Assembly: GCA_963792855.1 (NCBI GenBank) | Contig: CAWBXZ010000001.1 | Coordinates: 260,472 to 324,471 of the forward strand | Direction of reading: 5' to 3' | Origin: an uncultured beta proteobacterium | Lineage (GTDB): Bacteria; Pseudomonadota; Gammaproteobacteria; Burkholderiales; Eutrophovitaceae | DNA: 64,000 bases | The notes under the pieces: model-generated | What the model was told of the DNA's origin: nothing | Seen by the model: only the letters and a program-made list of their open reading frames with translations | Databases searched by the model: none | Program-made: the position numbers and the translations under genes | Shown: in pieces, positions 1 to 9,402 of the stretch | Layout: each line of letters begins with the position of its first letter | Numbering within the stretch: the stretch's first letter is position 1

Positions 1-585
1 TTCGGAGTAGCCGAGCTCGGGGTCTTCAATCTGGGTTTCCCACAGTTTTGCACCGGTCTTGGCATCGAGTGCGACCAGCTTGGCGTCAAGCGTGCCCATG
101 AAGAGCCTGCCGTCGAGAGCGGCAACGCCACGGTTGTTCGGACCGCAGCAGTAAACCGTAATCGGGCCCATCGGGTGAATGTAATGCCAGTACTCTTCGC
201 CCGTTTTTGCGTCAATTGCGTAGACGTGGTTGTAGGAAGTGGTCAGGAACATGACGCCGTCCACGACCAGCGGTGCGGTTTCCATCGACTCCAGCACATC
301 GGTCTGGAAGATGAACGCCGGGCGAAGATTCTTCACGTTCCCGGTGTTGATCTGTTTGCCCGGGAAATAGCGGGTCTGTGAATAACCGCCATTGACTTGC
401 AGCCAGTTGGTTTGCTCCTTGTCGGCACCGTCCAGGCGTTTCTGGGTCACTGAGCCCAGATCGCCCGACATCGGCTTGACCGCCGTCGTGGCGCCGCCGC
501 TGATTTCCTGTGCTGAGGCCAGGTTGACGCTGCCGGCCAGCGCTATCGACGCCGCCAGCATCAGGGATTTACTGATAACTTTCAT
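1..585 (-). CDS. PQQ-dependent quinoprotein alcohol/methanol dehydrogenase family, N-terminal part (gene runs off the window start)
   Basis: Reverse translation from ATG at 585: [27 protein letters not shown] (signal peptide)...[20 protein letters not shown]...[20 protein letters not shown]. The vicinal Cys-Cys and NW..GG....RY motifs are hallmarks of MxaF/XoxF/ExaA-type enzymes. Missing from the ORF track because it is edge-truncated. Confidence 0.8.
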   Translation of the reverse strand, partial: MKVISKSLMLAASIALAGSVNLASAQEISGGATTAVKPMSGDLGSVTQKRLDGADKEQTNWLQVNGGYSQTRYFPGKQINTGNVKNLRPAFIFQTDVLESMETAPLVVDGVMFLTTSYNHVYAIDAKTGEEYWHYIHPMGPITVYCCGPNNRGVAALDGRLFMGTLDAKLVALDAKTGAKLWETQIEDPELGYSE

Positions 586-787
586 GGTATTGAGGTCCCC
601 CGAAGAGATTGTGTTGACTTGTTGGACGAATGCGCGAGTTCGTCTTTACGGACGCCCGCTCGTGCTAGAGCGCAGTTTCGCGACGTTAATCTGTCGCAAT
701 TGCGGGACGGGGCACTATATTAGACAATCCGGGCCGCAGCAAGCGCGTGGCAAGGGCCGGCGGGTTAACGTGTGTATCGGGAGATAG

Positions 788-1462
788 ATGAAAACAGTTT
801 ATTTGACAGTCGTTGCAGCCGGCCTTCATCTGGCTTTGTTGTTGCCGCTGCCGGCGGCAGCCGATCAGGGCAATCCGGAGGTTTACACGCTCAACGCGCA
901 GTTACTCGCAAAAGCGCGCGCCGGCGACGCCGACGGTGTGCGTCGTGTCATCGAGGACGGCGCTTCGATCAATTCGCGGAACCGGGGCGGGAACACGGCA
1001 CTGTTGCTGTTCGCGGAGACCGGCGACGCCGAAATGGTCGGCTACCTGCTGGAAAAAGGTGCCAGCGTCGATCTGGCGAATCTTGAGAAAGTCACGCCGT
1101 TAATGGCGGCTGCGCACAACGGGCATGCGGATGTCGCCCGCCTGCTGATTGGCCGCGGGGCGGACCGCGATGCCGAAGATCAGGTGTTCAAGACGGCCAT
1201 GGTGTACGCGGCCGCGTCCGGCCACGGTGAGATAGTGGGCATGCTGCTCGAAGCCGGTGTTGAGGTAAACCAGCGCTATCGTCACGATCTCACCGCCCTG
1301 ATGTGGGCGGCGGGCTACGGCGAGGCGGATGCCGTGCGCGCGTTGCTGGCGGCTGGCGCCGACCCGCACCTGCGTGATGACCGGGGCAAAACCGCGCTGG
1401 ATATCGCACAGGATGGGGCACACGAGCAGGTCATCGAATTGCTGGAGGCGGCACGGCGCTGA
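788..1462 (+). CDS. secreted ankyrin-repeat protein
   Basis: ATG at 788. Signal peptide MKTVYLTVVAAGLHLALLLPLPAAA, then repeated ~33-aa units (G.TALL/M.AA..G....V..LL..GA). Confidence 0.9.
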   Translation: MKTVYLTVVAAGLHLALLLPLPAAADQGNPEVYTLNAQLLAKARAGDADGVRRVIEDGASINSRNRGGNTALLLFAETGDAEMVGYLLEKGASVDLANLEKVTPLMAAAHNGHADVARLLIGRGADRDAEDQVFKTAMVYAAASGHGEIVGMLLEAGVEVNQRYRHDLTALMWAAGYGEADAVRALLAAGADPHLRDDRGKTALDIAQDGAHEQVIELLEAARR

Positions 1463-1535
1463 CGCCGGGCGTCAGGCCTGAAGTCCTTCCGTTTTCTGCG
1501 CGGGACCGGTTGCGGTTGGCCGGCCGCGAACCGGG

Positions 1536-2435
1536 TCAGGCGTAGCGGGGGAGAATCCACAGCAGGCTTCCCACCGCGCCGAACAATATGGCCAGGTGCA
1601 GCCAGGTCCACATCCGATACCGGCGAGCAAGGCGCGATGGGTCGAGATCGGATATCAGAAACAGGCGTCCGTCGCGTGGCTTGTGCATGACGTTCGTGCC
1701 AGATTGCAGACGCACCTGACGGTGTTCCTTGCGGATGTCGCGCCGCGCCTGCTGTCGCGCCAGCATCCATTCCTGCTCGTTTATTTCACCGTCGCCATCG
1801 AGGTCGAAGCGCTCCAGCAGTTGCGCCTTGTCCTCTTTCCAGTTCGCCAGCAGGGCTGAAACATCGCGCCTTTCGTCCAGGTTGCTGTTGCTGCCGCCGA
1901 CTGTCGAGAACTGCCCGAGCGTGTATATCCTTGCCTGCGGGAGCAGCAGCCATTCGGTATAGCGATAGTCGTCCTTTATCCATTGCTCCTTGCGCTTGGC
2001 GATGACCTCCGCGTGTTCGGGGTCGACCGTGCAACGCCCCGAGCCATCGTCGAGGATGAAGCTTTCCTCGCTACGCCCGCTGTTCACGCGCTGCCATTTG
2101 TTGCCGCCTGCTCTTCTTTCGATGATGAAGCGGTACCAGATACACGGCAGCAATGTGCAGCGAGACAGAATCGGCCCTCCCGGATGATGATTTCCGCGGC
2201 CGATCAGTTCCACGTAGCCTTGCGCCGCCGAGGCGATTTTTGATGTGGGCGTGTCGCCAATGGAGCGGGCGCGCCGGTAACTCATGGCCCAGGCAGCCGC
2301 AGCGAGTATCGCGATGCTTGCCAGCGAGGCGATCCATGCTTCCCGGGTGCGCACCTGAACACCGATGAGAAGCAAAATGAGATAACCGCCGACGGTCAGC
2401 GGTTCGATGATCTTCAGACGAAGCGAATGCAGCAT
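1536..2435 (-). CDS. membrane protein with GIDE-like domain and an EF-hand Ca-binding loop
   Basis: 299 aa with N-terminal TM pair and C-terminal TM. The central region resembles bacterial GIDE-domain proteins that pair with LemA. DLDGDGEINEQE (nt 1770-1805) fits the 12-residue EF-hand loop. Confidence 0.6.
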   Translation of the reverse strand: MLHSLRLKIIEPLTVGGYLILLLIGVQVRTREAWIASLASIAILAAAAWAMSYRRARSIGDTPTSKIASAAQGYVELIGRGNHHPGGPILSRCTLLPCIWYRFIIERRAGGNKWQRVNSGRSEESFILDDGSGRCTVDPEHAEVIAKRKEQWIKDDYRYTEWLLLPQARIYTLGQFSTVGGSNSNLDERRDVSALLANWKEDKAQLLERFDLDGDGEINEQEWMLARQQARRDIRKEHRQVRLQSGTNVMHKPRDGRLFLISDLDPSRLARRYRMWTWLHLAILFGAVGSLLWILPRYA

Positions 2436-2523
2436 CGGTTCTCAGGCCGGCTCGCAAGGTATGAGCTTCCCCGGCCTGGCACCCGTCAGGTGCCGTGCGG
2501 GCCGGGGGCGGGCGGGGACAGAA

Positions 2524-3096
2524 TCAGGCGAACATTTCCTTCATGTCGACATCCTGAATCTGCTCTTTTTCGAATTCGAGCAGATCGAAGGGCCGGAAGT
2601 TGAACAGGCGTGCGACGATGATGTCGGGGAACTGTTCGATACGCACGTTATTGATGTTGACGCTTTCGTTATAGAACTCGCGCCGGTCGGCGATGCCGTT
2701 CTCCAGTCCGGTCACACGGGCCAGCAGATGCTGAAAAGTCTCGACCGCCTTCAGTTCGGGATAGGCTTCAAACGTGGCGAAGATGTTGCCAAGTCCGCCG
2801 CGCAACATGGATTCAGCCTGTCCAAGTGCCGGGATGTCCTGCTTCAGGCGGGCATCCTGAACGCGCGAACGCGCTTCAGTCACACGTTGCAACGTATCCT
2901 GTTCGAACTGTTTGTATTGCTTGCAGGTTTCGACCAGTTTCGGCAGTTCATCGTGACGCTGTTTGAGCAGCACGTCGATGTTTGACCAGGCTTTCGATAC
3001 GGCGTGCTTGATCGTCACCAGGTTGTTGTAGACCATGATGGTCCATATCAGGATAACTCCAACGATGACGAGAATAATGATGATGTTGGCGTCCAT
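2524..3096 (-). CDS. lemA: LemA family protein
   Basis: 190 aa with a single N-terminal TM (IIIILVIVGVILIWTIMVY). YNNLV...AWSNIDVLLKQRHDELPKLVE...FEAYPELKA...LENGIADRREFYNESV..NN are typical LemA motifs. Confidence 0.9.
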   Translation of the reverse strand: MDANIIIILVIVGVILIWTIMVYNNLVTIKHAVSKAWSNIDVLLKQRHDELPKLVETCKQYKQFEQDTLQRVTEARSRVQDARLKQDIPALGQAESMLRGGLGNIFATFEAYPELKAVETFQHLLARVTGLENGIADRREFYNESVNINNVRIEQFPDIIVARLFNFRPFDLLEFEKEQIQDVDMKEMFA

Positions 3097-3358
3097 TTCG
3101 TTCCCCTGAATTTGCGAAATCGGGTTGTAAGATCAGCCGTGTCCGGCAGTTTGTGCTGTGGGCAGGCAATCATCGGATCAGTAGCCAATGCAGCCGCTGC
3201 TGCATCGACGTCAAGGCCGGCCCGGTTGTCTGCGATGCCGATGCCGCCCGGCGCCATTTACGGCCCAAATGCGCGCAATTCCGGCACCTGCGCGCAGGCT
3301 GTGCGAACATAACGGAAATAATGCAGGAATCCTGCCAATACACAGGGGAACGGGGGAG

Positions 3359-4138
3359 ATGGATTACCAAACGATTGTCTTTGAAGAAGACGGCGCCATC
3401 GCGACGATTACGCTGAATCGGCCGGATGACGGCAACATGTTCAACGCGACCATGTGCCACGAGATTCGCGACTGCATCGAGTCGATCCGCCGCGAAACGC
3501 GAACCCGCGTGGTAGTGCTCACCGGTGCGGGGGAGCGGTTTTTCTGCATCGGCGGACGCAAGGAAGGCATGGAGGATACGCTGCTCTATGCCGGCGTGCT
3601 TCCGACGCTTGAAATGTACGAAGCGATTGACCGGCTGCAGAAACCGGTGATTGCCAGTGTCAACGGTTATGCCGTTGGTGGCGGCAATGTCCTGCAGATG
3701 GTGTGCGATCTGACCATCGCGAAGGAAAGCGCGGTGTTTCGCCAGGTCGGTCCGATGATGGGATCGTTCGACGCCGGCTACGGGACGTGGTACCTGGAAG
3801 ACCTCGTCGGTAAGAAGCGCGCCAAGGATATCTGGTACACCAACCCGCGGATCAGCGCTGCACAGGCACTGGAGATGGGTTTGATCAACCGCGTCGTGCC
3901 CGATGGCGAGCTTGCCGAAGCCACACGCAAGTATGCGCTCGAGGTGGCCAGTCGCGGCAGTTTCGCGCTGGCCTCGGTCAAGGCTGCATTCAATGCGCGC
4001 CACGGCGGCGTATCGGGTTTGTCGCGCGTGACGCATGACCTGCTGTTGCGGCCCTACCTGGAAACCGGTGAGTCAAAGGAACTGCGCAGCGCGTTTGCGG
4101 AAAAACGCGCGCCGGATGCCGACAAGTTTGGCAGCTAG
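3359..4138 (+). CDS. BadI/MenB-family crotonase (2-ketocyclohexanecarboxyl-CoA hydrolase / naphthoate-synthase-like)
   Basis: Start moved to ATG 3359 (MDYQTIVFEE), preceded by GGGGGAG. GYAVGGGNVLQMVCDLTI, FRQVGPMMGSFDAGYGTWYL and KKRAKDIWY align with remembered BadI/MenB sequences. Confidence 0.8.
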   Translation: MDYQTIVFEEDGAIATITLNRPDDGNMFNATMCHEIRDCIESIRRETRTRVVVLTGAGERFFCIGGRKEGMEDTLLYAGVLPTLEMYEAIDRLQKPVIASVNGYAVGGGNVLQMVCDLTIAKESAVFRQVGPMMGSFDAGYGTWYLEDLVGKKRAKDIWYTNPRISAAQALEMGLINRVVPDGELAEATRKYALEVASRGSFALASVKAAFNARHGGVSGLSRVTHDLLLRPYLETGESKELRSAFAEKRAPDADKFGS

Positions 4139-4154
4139 TCGCGGGCGTTTCTGA

Positions 4155-5777
4155 ATGCGCGCTTTTCTGACACTGCATGACCCGGCCACGGCCGCGGCGT
4201 ATTACGACGCCGGCGTATGGACGCGGGACACGTTCTATTCGCTGCTGGCAGCGCATGCAAGGCAACGTCCGGATGCGACCGCACTGCGCGATTGCCATCG
4301 CGCCATCGACTGGCAGACACTCAAGGCCTGGACCGACGCGACGGCGGCCGATTTGCGCGCACAGGGACTGGTACAGGGCGACCGGGTGTGTATCTGGATG
4401 TCGAATCGCATCGAAGCGCTCGTTATGTTTCTGGCGTGTTCGCGCGAAGGCTATGCGTGTAACCCGTCCCTGCACCGGACCTACACGTGCAGTGAAATCC
4501 TCGGCCTGCTGCAACGGCTGGATGCAAAAGCCCTCGTCACCGAACCGGACTGGGGTGCCGATCGTGGCAAGGCAGGCATTGAAACGCTGTTGGCCGGGGT
4601 TGGCAGTTTGCGCAAGGTGTACACACCGGAGGATTTTCCGCAACCTGGCATCGAGCCGTCGACGCCGGCCGTCACAAACCCCGACCTGGTCAGCTATCTG
4701 GCCTTCACCTCCGGCACGACCGGCAATCCGAAGTGCGTCATGCACTCCTGCAATACGATCATGGCCAATGCGCGTGATCTGGTGAAGGACTGGCAGGTCG
4801 GCCCGGATACACACTTGCTGACACTGAGCCCGATTTCGCACCACATCGCCTGGGTGGGCGCCAGCCAGTGGCTGTTGAGCGGTTGCAGTTTCTTCCTCGG
4901 GGATCCGCCGCCGGGAGCGACGCAACTGGACTGGATTGTGGAAACCGGGGCGACCTACGTCATGGGCGTTCCGACGCACGCGATGGACGTGCTCGAACAG
5001 TTTCGCGCTTCGGGTGCCGGCGGCCTGGGCAGGGTAAAGATCTTCTACATGGCGGGTGCGGCGATTCCGCCGAGTGTCGCGGAAGCCTTCGTGCGACTGG
5101 GTATCACACCGCAGAACGTCTACGGCATGACCGAGAACTCCTCGCATCAGTACACCCACCGCGACGACGAATTCGATGTCATCGTGAACACCTGCGGGCG
5201 CGGCGGCGGCGCTTACGAGGTTCGCATTTTCGATCAAGGCGACAGTAATCTCGAGGTAGAGCGGGGTGCCGTCGGCCAGATTGGCGGGCGTGGCGGCGCA
5301 CTGATGCTTGGCTACTATGGCAACCAGGAGGCGACGTCTGCCAGTTTTAACGACAGCGGCTGGTTTCTTTCCGGTGACCTCGGTTCGCTGGATGCGCACG
5401 GAAACCTGAAGATCGAAGGACGGCTCAAGGACCTGATCATCCGTGGCGGCCACAACATCTACCCGGCGGAGATCGAGGCGCTGGCGTTGCGGCACACGCG
5501 TGTCGACAAGGCCGCCGCGTTCCCGGTGGCTGACGAGCGCCTTGGCGAGAAGGTCTGTCTGGCGATTGTCGGTTCCGCCGACGCGCAAGAGTTGTTGCAG
5601 CACCTGGCGGCGGAAGGTTTGTCGAAATACGATATGCCGGAATATTTTCTGCGAATGGAAAAGTTTCCGCTTACCGCCAGCGGAAAGATACTCAAACGCG
5701 AACTGGTGACGATGGCAAAGCGCGGCGACATCGACCCGATTGCGATTCGTTTTCAGGCGGCAAGGGAGAGTGCTTGA
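4155..5777 (+). CDS. AMP-forming acyl-CoA synthetase (cyclohexanecarboxylate-CoA-ligase-like)
   Basis: 540 aa with AMP-binding motif LAFTSGTTGNPKCVMHS. YGMTE, GDLG...G.L.I.GR.KD and a C-terminal SGKILKR are also present. Confidence 0.85.
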   Translation: MRAFLTLHDPATAAAYYDAGVWTRDTFYSLLAAHARQRPDATALRDCHRAIDWQTLKAWTDATAADLRAQGLVQGDRVCIWMSNRIEALVMFLACSREGYACNPSLHRTYTCSEILGLLQRLDAKALVTEPDWGADRGKAGIETLLAGVGSLRKVYTPEDFPQPGIEPSTPAVTNPDLVSYLAFTSGTTGNPKCVMHSCNTIMANARDLVKDWQVGPDTHLLTLSPISHHIAWVGASQWLLSGCSFFLGDPPPGATQLDWIVETGATYVMGVPTHAMDVLEQFRASGAGGLGRVKIFYMAGAAIPPSVAEAFVRLGITPQNVYGMTENSSHQYTHRDDEFDVIVNTCGRGGGAYEVRIFDQGDSNLEVERGAVGQIGGRGGALMLGYYGNQEATSASFNDSGWFLSGDLGSLDAHGNLKIEGRLKDLIIRGGHNIYPAEIEALALRHTRVDKAAAFPVADERLGEKVCLAIVGSADAQELLQHLAAEGLSKYDMPEYFLRMEKFPLTASGKILKRELVTMAKRGDIDPIAIRFQAARESA

Positions 5778-6544
5778 TGGTTGTAGAGATTTCGCGCCGC
5801 GACGAGGCGGCGCTGATTACCCTGAACCGGCCCGAAGCGCTCAACGCGCTGTCGTTTTCGATTCTGGACGAACTCGATGCGGCGTTCGAGCAGGCCGTGT
5901 CCTCGGATGCGCGCGTGCTGTTGATCACCGGTGCGGGTGACAAGGCATTTTGCGCCGGGGCCGACATCAAGGAACTGCGTCACCGCGATCTGTTGTCGCA
6001 AAAGCGCGGCGCGGAGAAAGGCCAGCGGGTGTTCTCGAAGCTCGCGACGCTGCCAATGCCGTCGGTTGCGCTCATCAACGGTTACGCGTTCGGCGGCGGT
6101 CTCGAACTGGCAATGGCCTGCACCTTCCGGCTTGCCACACCGAATGCCCGGCTGGGGCTTCCGGAAATCAAACTGGGGCTGATTCCCGGTTATGGCGGCA
6201 CGCAGCGTTTGCCGAGACTGGTCGGCGAAGCGCGCGCACTGGAGATGATCATGACGGGTCGCGCCGTCAAGCCCGATGAAGCCGAGCGGATCGGACTGAT
6301 CAACCGTATCGTCGAGGGCGATCCCATCGAACAGGCGCTGGCATTTTCCCGGGAGTTCACCGGCTACAGCCTGCCGGCGCTGGGCTTTGCACGTTCGGCA
6401 GTGGCGCGGGCAAGGGACGTTTCCCTGGAGGAAGGATTACGGGTCGAATCCGAATTGTCGACGCTGGCGTTTCGCATGAAGGACGCGGAAGAGGGTATGG
6501 CCGCCTTCGAAGAAAAACGAAAGCCGCGCTTTGCCGATGAGTAG
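5777..6544 (+). CDS. enoyl-CoA hydratase (crotonase family)
   Basis: ATG at 5777 overlaps the upstream stop (TGATG). ITLNRPEALNAL, GAGDKAFCAGADI, INGYAFGGGLELAMAC and LGLPE..LG..PG.GGTQRLPRLVG are present. Confidence 0.9.
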   Translation: MVVEISRRDEAALITLNRPEALNALSFSILDELDAAFEQAVSSDARVLLITGAGDKAFCAGADIKELRHRDLLSQKRGAEKGQRVFSKLATLPMPSVALINGYAFGGGLELAMACTFRLATPNARLGLPEIKLGLIPGYGGTQRLPRLVGEARALEMIMTGRAVKPDEAERIGLINRIVEGDPIEQALAFSREFTGYSLPALGFARSAVARARDVSLEEGLRVESELSTLAFRMKDAEEGMAAFEEKRKPRFADE

Positions 6545-6667
6545 TCGCGTTGCAGGGCAGGTGGCGGTTACGCCGGGAGCAAGGCAGGAATGCTTTCGGT
6601 TGTCCTGTTTTGCCCCGTGGATTGAGAAAAACATTCGCGCCGAAGGCGTGCAGGGGATAACAAACTG

Positions 6668-7834
6668 ATGAAGCTTTTCGAACAACTGGCGCGCCGGCGT
6701 AACTGGCCCGAGGAAGAGCGCATCGTGCTCGATCAGGTGCGAAGAATCGCCGACGAGGTGATCGCGCCCAATGCGGCCCGGTTCGACGATACCGGCGAGT
6801 ACCCGCGCGAAAGCATCGATGCGCTGATGGCGCTTGGCCTGAACGGCATCTTTGTTCCGGCAGAGTATGGCGGCACCCCGATGTCGTATGCGCTCTATCT
6901 GGAATGCGTCAAGATCATTGCCGCTGCCTGCGCTTCCACCGGCGTGATCTACGCGACCAATTTCAACGGCGTCAGGCCGCTGGTCGATTTCGGTAACGAA
7001 GAACAGAAGCAGCGCCTGCTGCCTCGCATCACCAGAGGAGGGATCGGAGCCATTGCAATTACCGAGCAATTGGCCGGGTCGGATGCCACTGGCATGCAGA
7101 CGCGCTTTACGCCGGACGGCGACGACATCATCATCAACGGGTCCAAGACCTTCATCAGCAACGGCAGCGTCGCGGAGCTGATTTTTCTGTTCGGAAAGTG
7201 GTCGGAGATCGACGATCGCAAGGCGGCGATTTCGGCGCTGATTGTGGAGAAGGGCGCGCCTGGCTGCACGGTGCTGCGCACCGAGAAGAAAATGGGCCAT
7301 CGTGCCGCGCCGACGGTGGCGCTGTCGTTCGAAAACTGTCGTGTGCCGCGCGCCAACCTGATCGGCGAACCGGGCAGCGGCCTCGCCACACTGCTGGTTG
7401 CACTGAACAAGTCGCGACCGAGCATGGCGGCACACGCACTCGGTATCGCAAGGGCCGCTTTTGATGACATCGTCAGTTACACCAACGAACGCAAGCAGTC
7501 GGGCCGGCATGTCATCGATTTCCAGGGGAATCAGTTTCTGATAGCGGATCTTGCCAGTGAACTGGCGATGACGGAGCTATGGCTCGATTACGTGGGCGGG
7601 CTTGTGGATTCGGGTGAAACCGATTTCGGGCTGGAAGCGTCGATTGCCAAACTGCGTGCCTCGGACCTGGCCATGCGCATGGCGACCGATGCGGTGCAGA
7701 TGCATGGCGGTTACGGTTACTGTTCGGACTATCGTGTCGAGCGGCTGATGCGCGACGCGAAAGTGACGCAGATCTGGGAGGGCACCAACCAGATACACCG
7801 GCAACATATCGGACGCAGTTTCAAGATCAAATGA
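6668..7834 (+). CDS. acyl-CoA dehydrogenase
   Basis: 388 aa with ITEQLAGSDATGMQT, K.FISNG and QMHGGYGY..DY.VERLMRDAKVTQIWEGTNQI. Confidence 0.9.
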   Translation: MKLFEQLARRRNWPEEERIVLDQVRRIADEVIAPNAARFDDTGEYPRESIDALMALGLNGIFVPAEYGGTPMSYALYLECVKIIAAACASTGVIYATNFNGVRPLVDFGNEEQKQRLLPRITRGGIGAIAITEQLAGSDATGMQTRFTPDGDDIIINGSKTFISNGSVAELIFLFGKWSEIDDRKAAISALIVEKGAPGCTVLRTEKKMGHRAAPTVALSFENCRVPRANLIGEPGSGLATLLVALNKSRPSMAAHALGIARAAFDDIVSYTNERKQSGRHVIDFQGNQFLIADLASELAMTELWLDYVGGLVDSGETDFGLEASIAKLRASDLAMRMATDAVQMHGGYGYCSDYRVERLMRDAKVTQIWEGTNQIHRQHIGRSFKIK

Positions 7835-8712
7835 GCGACACGATACGCAAAGTCGGCGTGTGCGGCGCGGCCGGCACCATGGGTGCGGGCATCGCCATTG
7901 TCGCGGCGCGCGCCGGTTATGAAACGGTTTCCTACGACCTGCAGCAGCCTGCGCTCGATGCGGCACGCGAGCAGACCGCCGGATTCTTCGGAAAATCGGT
8001 TGACCGGGGCAAGATGCGCGCAGAGGAGCGCGATGCGGTGCTGGCGCGCATGCAAACCACCACCAGCCTCGATGGCCTGGCCGATTGCGATCTTGTCATC
8101 GAAGCGGTTTTCGAAGACCTGAAGACAAAACAGCAACTGTTTGCTTCGCTCGATCCGGTCTGCGGGGCGCACACCATCTTCGCGTCCAATACGTCGACGT
8201 TGTCGATTACGGAAATCGCTTCCGGGTGCGGCCGCGAAGACCGTGTTGTCGGCATGCATTTCTGCCTGCCCGCACAGCTGATGAAACTCATCGAGATGTC
8301 GCCGGGCATGAACACTTCGCAGCAGACGTTCGATGCCGCCTGGTCCTTCGCCGAGGCGGCGGGGCAGACGCCGGTGAGGACGCAGGACAAGCCGGGTTTC
8401 ATACTCAACGCGTTGCTGGTGCCATTCAACAATGACGTTATCCGCGCGGTCGAGGCCGGGGTGGCAGCGCCGGCCGACATCGACGCCGCGATCAAGACCG
8501 GACTGGGTTATCGCATGGGACCATGCGAACTGCTCGACCTGATCGGCCTGGATACGCAATTGCGACTGTGCGAGGCGTTCTACCCGGTCACGCTGGATGT
8601 GCGTTCATCGGCGCCGCCGCTGTTGCGCCGCATGGTCGCCGCGGGTCACCTGGGACGAAAGACCGGACGCGGCTTCTATACCTATGAGGGCAGCGCCATG
8701 TTTGGCGGCTGA
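7831..8712 (+). CDS. NAD-dependent 3-hydroxyacyl-CoA dehydrogenase (Hbd/PaaH type)
   Basis: ATGA overlap with the upstream gene. VGVCGAAGTMGAGIA is the Rossmann motif. AVFEDLK.K, SNTS.LSITE, GMHF..PA..MKL.E, PGF.LN and a GRKTGRGFY tail are present. Confidence 0.9.
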   Translation: MSDTIRKVGVCGAAGTMGAGIAIVAARAGYETVSYDLQQPALDAAREQTAGFFGKSVDRGKMRAEERDAVLARMQTTTSLDGLADCDLVIEAVFEDLKTKQQLFASLDPVCGAHTIFASNTSTLSITEIASGCGREDRVVGMHFCLPAQLMKLIEMSPGMNTSQQTFDAAWSFAEAAGQTPVRTQDKPGFILNALLVPFNNDVIRAVEAGVAAPADIDAAIKTGLGYRMGPCELLDLIGLDTQLRLCEAFYPVTLDVRSSAPPLLRRMVAAGHLGRKTGRGFYTYEGSAMFGG

Positions 8713-8736
8713 ACACAATGAATCGGAGTGATCGAC

Positions 8737-9402
8737 ATGGATGAATCGGTAACGTATTCGATCGTCAAGGCCGGGGAAAGCCGGTCTTTTCCGGAAGACG
8801 ATGCTTTTGTATCGGGAGCGACCAGCGGCGGTGACGTGACCGTCTGCCTCGGTGCGTTCCATTCGCCGGGCGGCCATCGGTCCGATGACGTGAAAAAAGC
8901 GATCGTGCTCGAATTGGACATCGAATGCCTTGGCGTGCACACGGGAGAACTGGCCGGGGAGGAGGGATCGAACGTAGTGGGTTTTGCGCGCTACCGTAAT
9001 GGCGACGACGCGCCGTCCGGTCTGATCGAGCTGGTGCGCCAGCCGCATACACATGCATCCTCCGTCGAGGCCGCGCGGCGCGTGTTTGAAACAGCCGGGT
9101 TCACCGTCGTTATTTGCAGTGATCAGGCCGGCCGAATCGTCGACCGCCTTGTGCGTCCCAAGTACAACGCAGCGCTGCGCTTTCTCGACGAGGGTCTGGC
9201 GAGCGCCAAGGACATGGACCTGACCTGCCGGCTCGGGCTTGGCTATGCCGACGGGCCGATCGAACGGGTTGAACGCGGCGGTTTGGCGCGCCACCACGAC
9301 ATCACACAGGCATTGTTCGAAACCTATGGCGTGCCGGGGTTCGCACCGGCGCGCCGCGCAGTGGTTGCGCGGCAGCGAAAACGGCAGGAAGAGGGGAAAT
9401 AA
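8737..9402 (+). CDS. 3-hydroxyacyl-CoA dehydrogenase-like protein lacking the NAD-binding glycine motif
   Basis: Only the C-terminal half resembles HADs (GRIVDRLVRPKYNAALRFLDEGLASAKDMDL..RLGLGY..GP). No GxGxxG is present. A GGAG lies 8 nt before ATG 8737 (the ORF track starts at GTG 8728). Confidence 0.6.
   Translation: MDESVTYSIVKAGESRSFPEDDAFVSGATSGGDVTVCLGAFHSPGGHRSDDVKKAIVLELDIECLGVHTGELAGEEGSNVVGFARYRNGDDAPSGLIELVRQPHTHASSVEAARRVFETAGFTVVICSDQAGRIVDRLVRPKYNAALRFLDEGLASAKDMDLTCRLGLGYADGPIERVERGGLARHHDITQALFETYGVPGFAPARRAVVARQRKRQEEGK

Noticed and set aside
1463-1535. Imperfect GC-rich hairpin between the convergent ankyrin and GIDE-like genes, considered as a terminator
   Set aside because: The stem has bulges and there is no T-run on either strand.
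3990-5603. 537-aa minus-strand ORF antisense to the acyl-CoA synthetase gene
   Set aside because: Arg/Ala/Gly-rich, with no motifs, and it fully overlaps a gene with clear AMP-ligase motifs. This is a typical shadow ORF of high-GC DNA. The same applies to 6437-7510, 12834-13949, 14825-15889, 37176-37967, 38710-39762 and similar long antisense ORFs.
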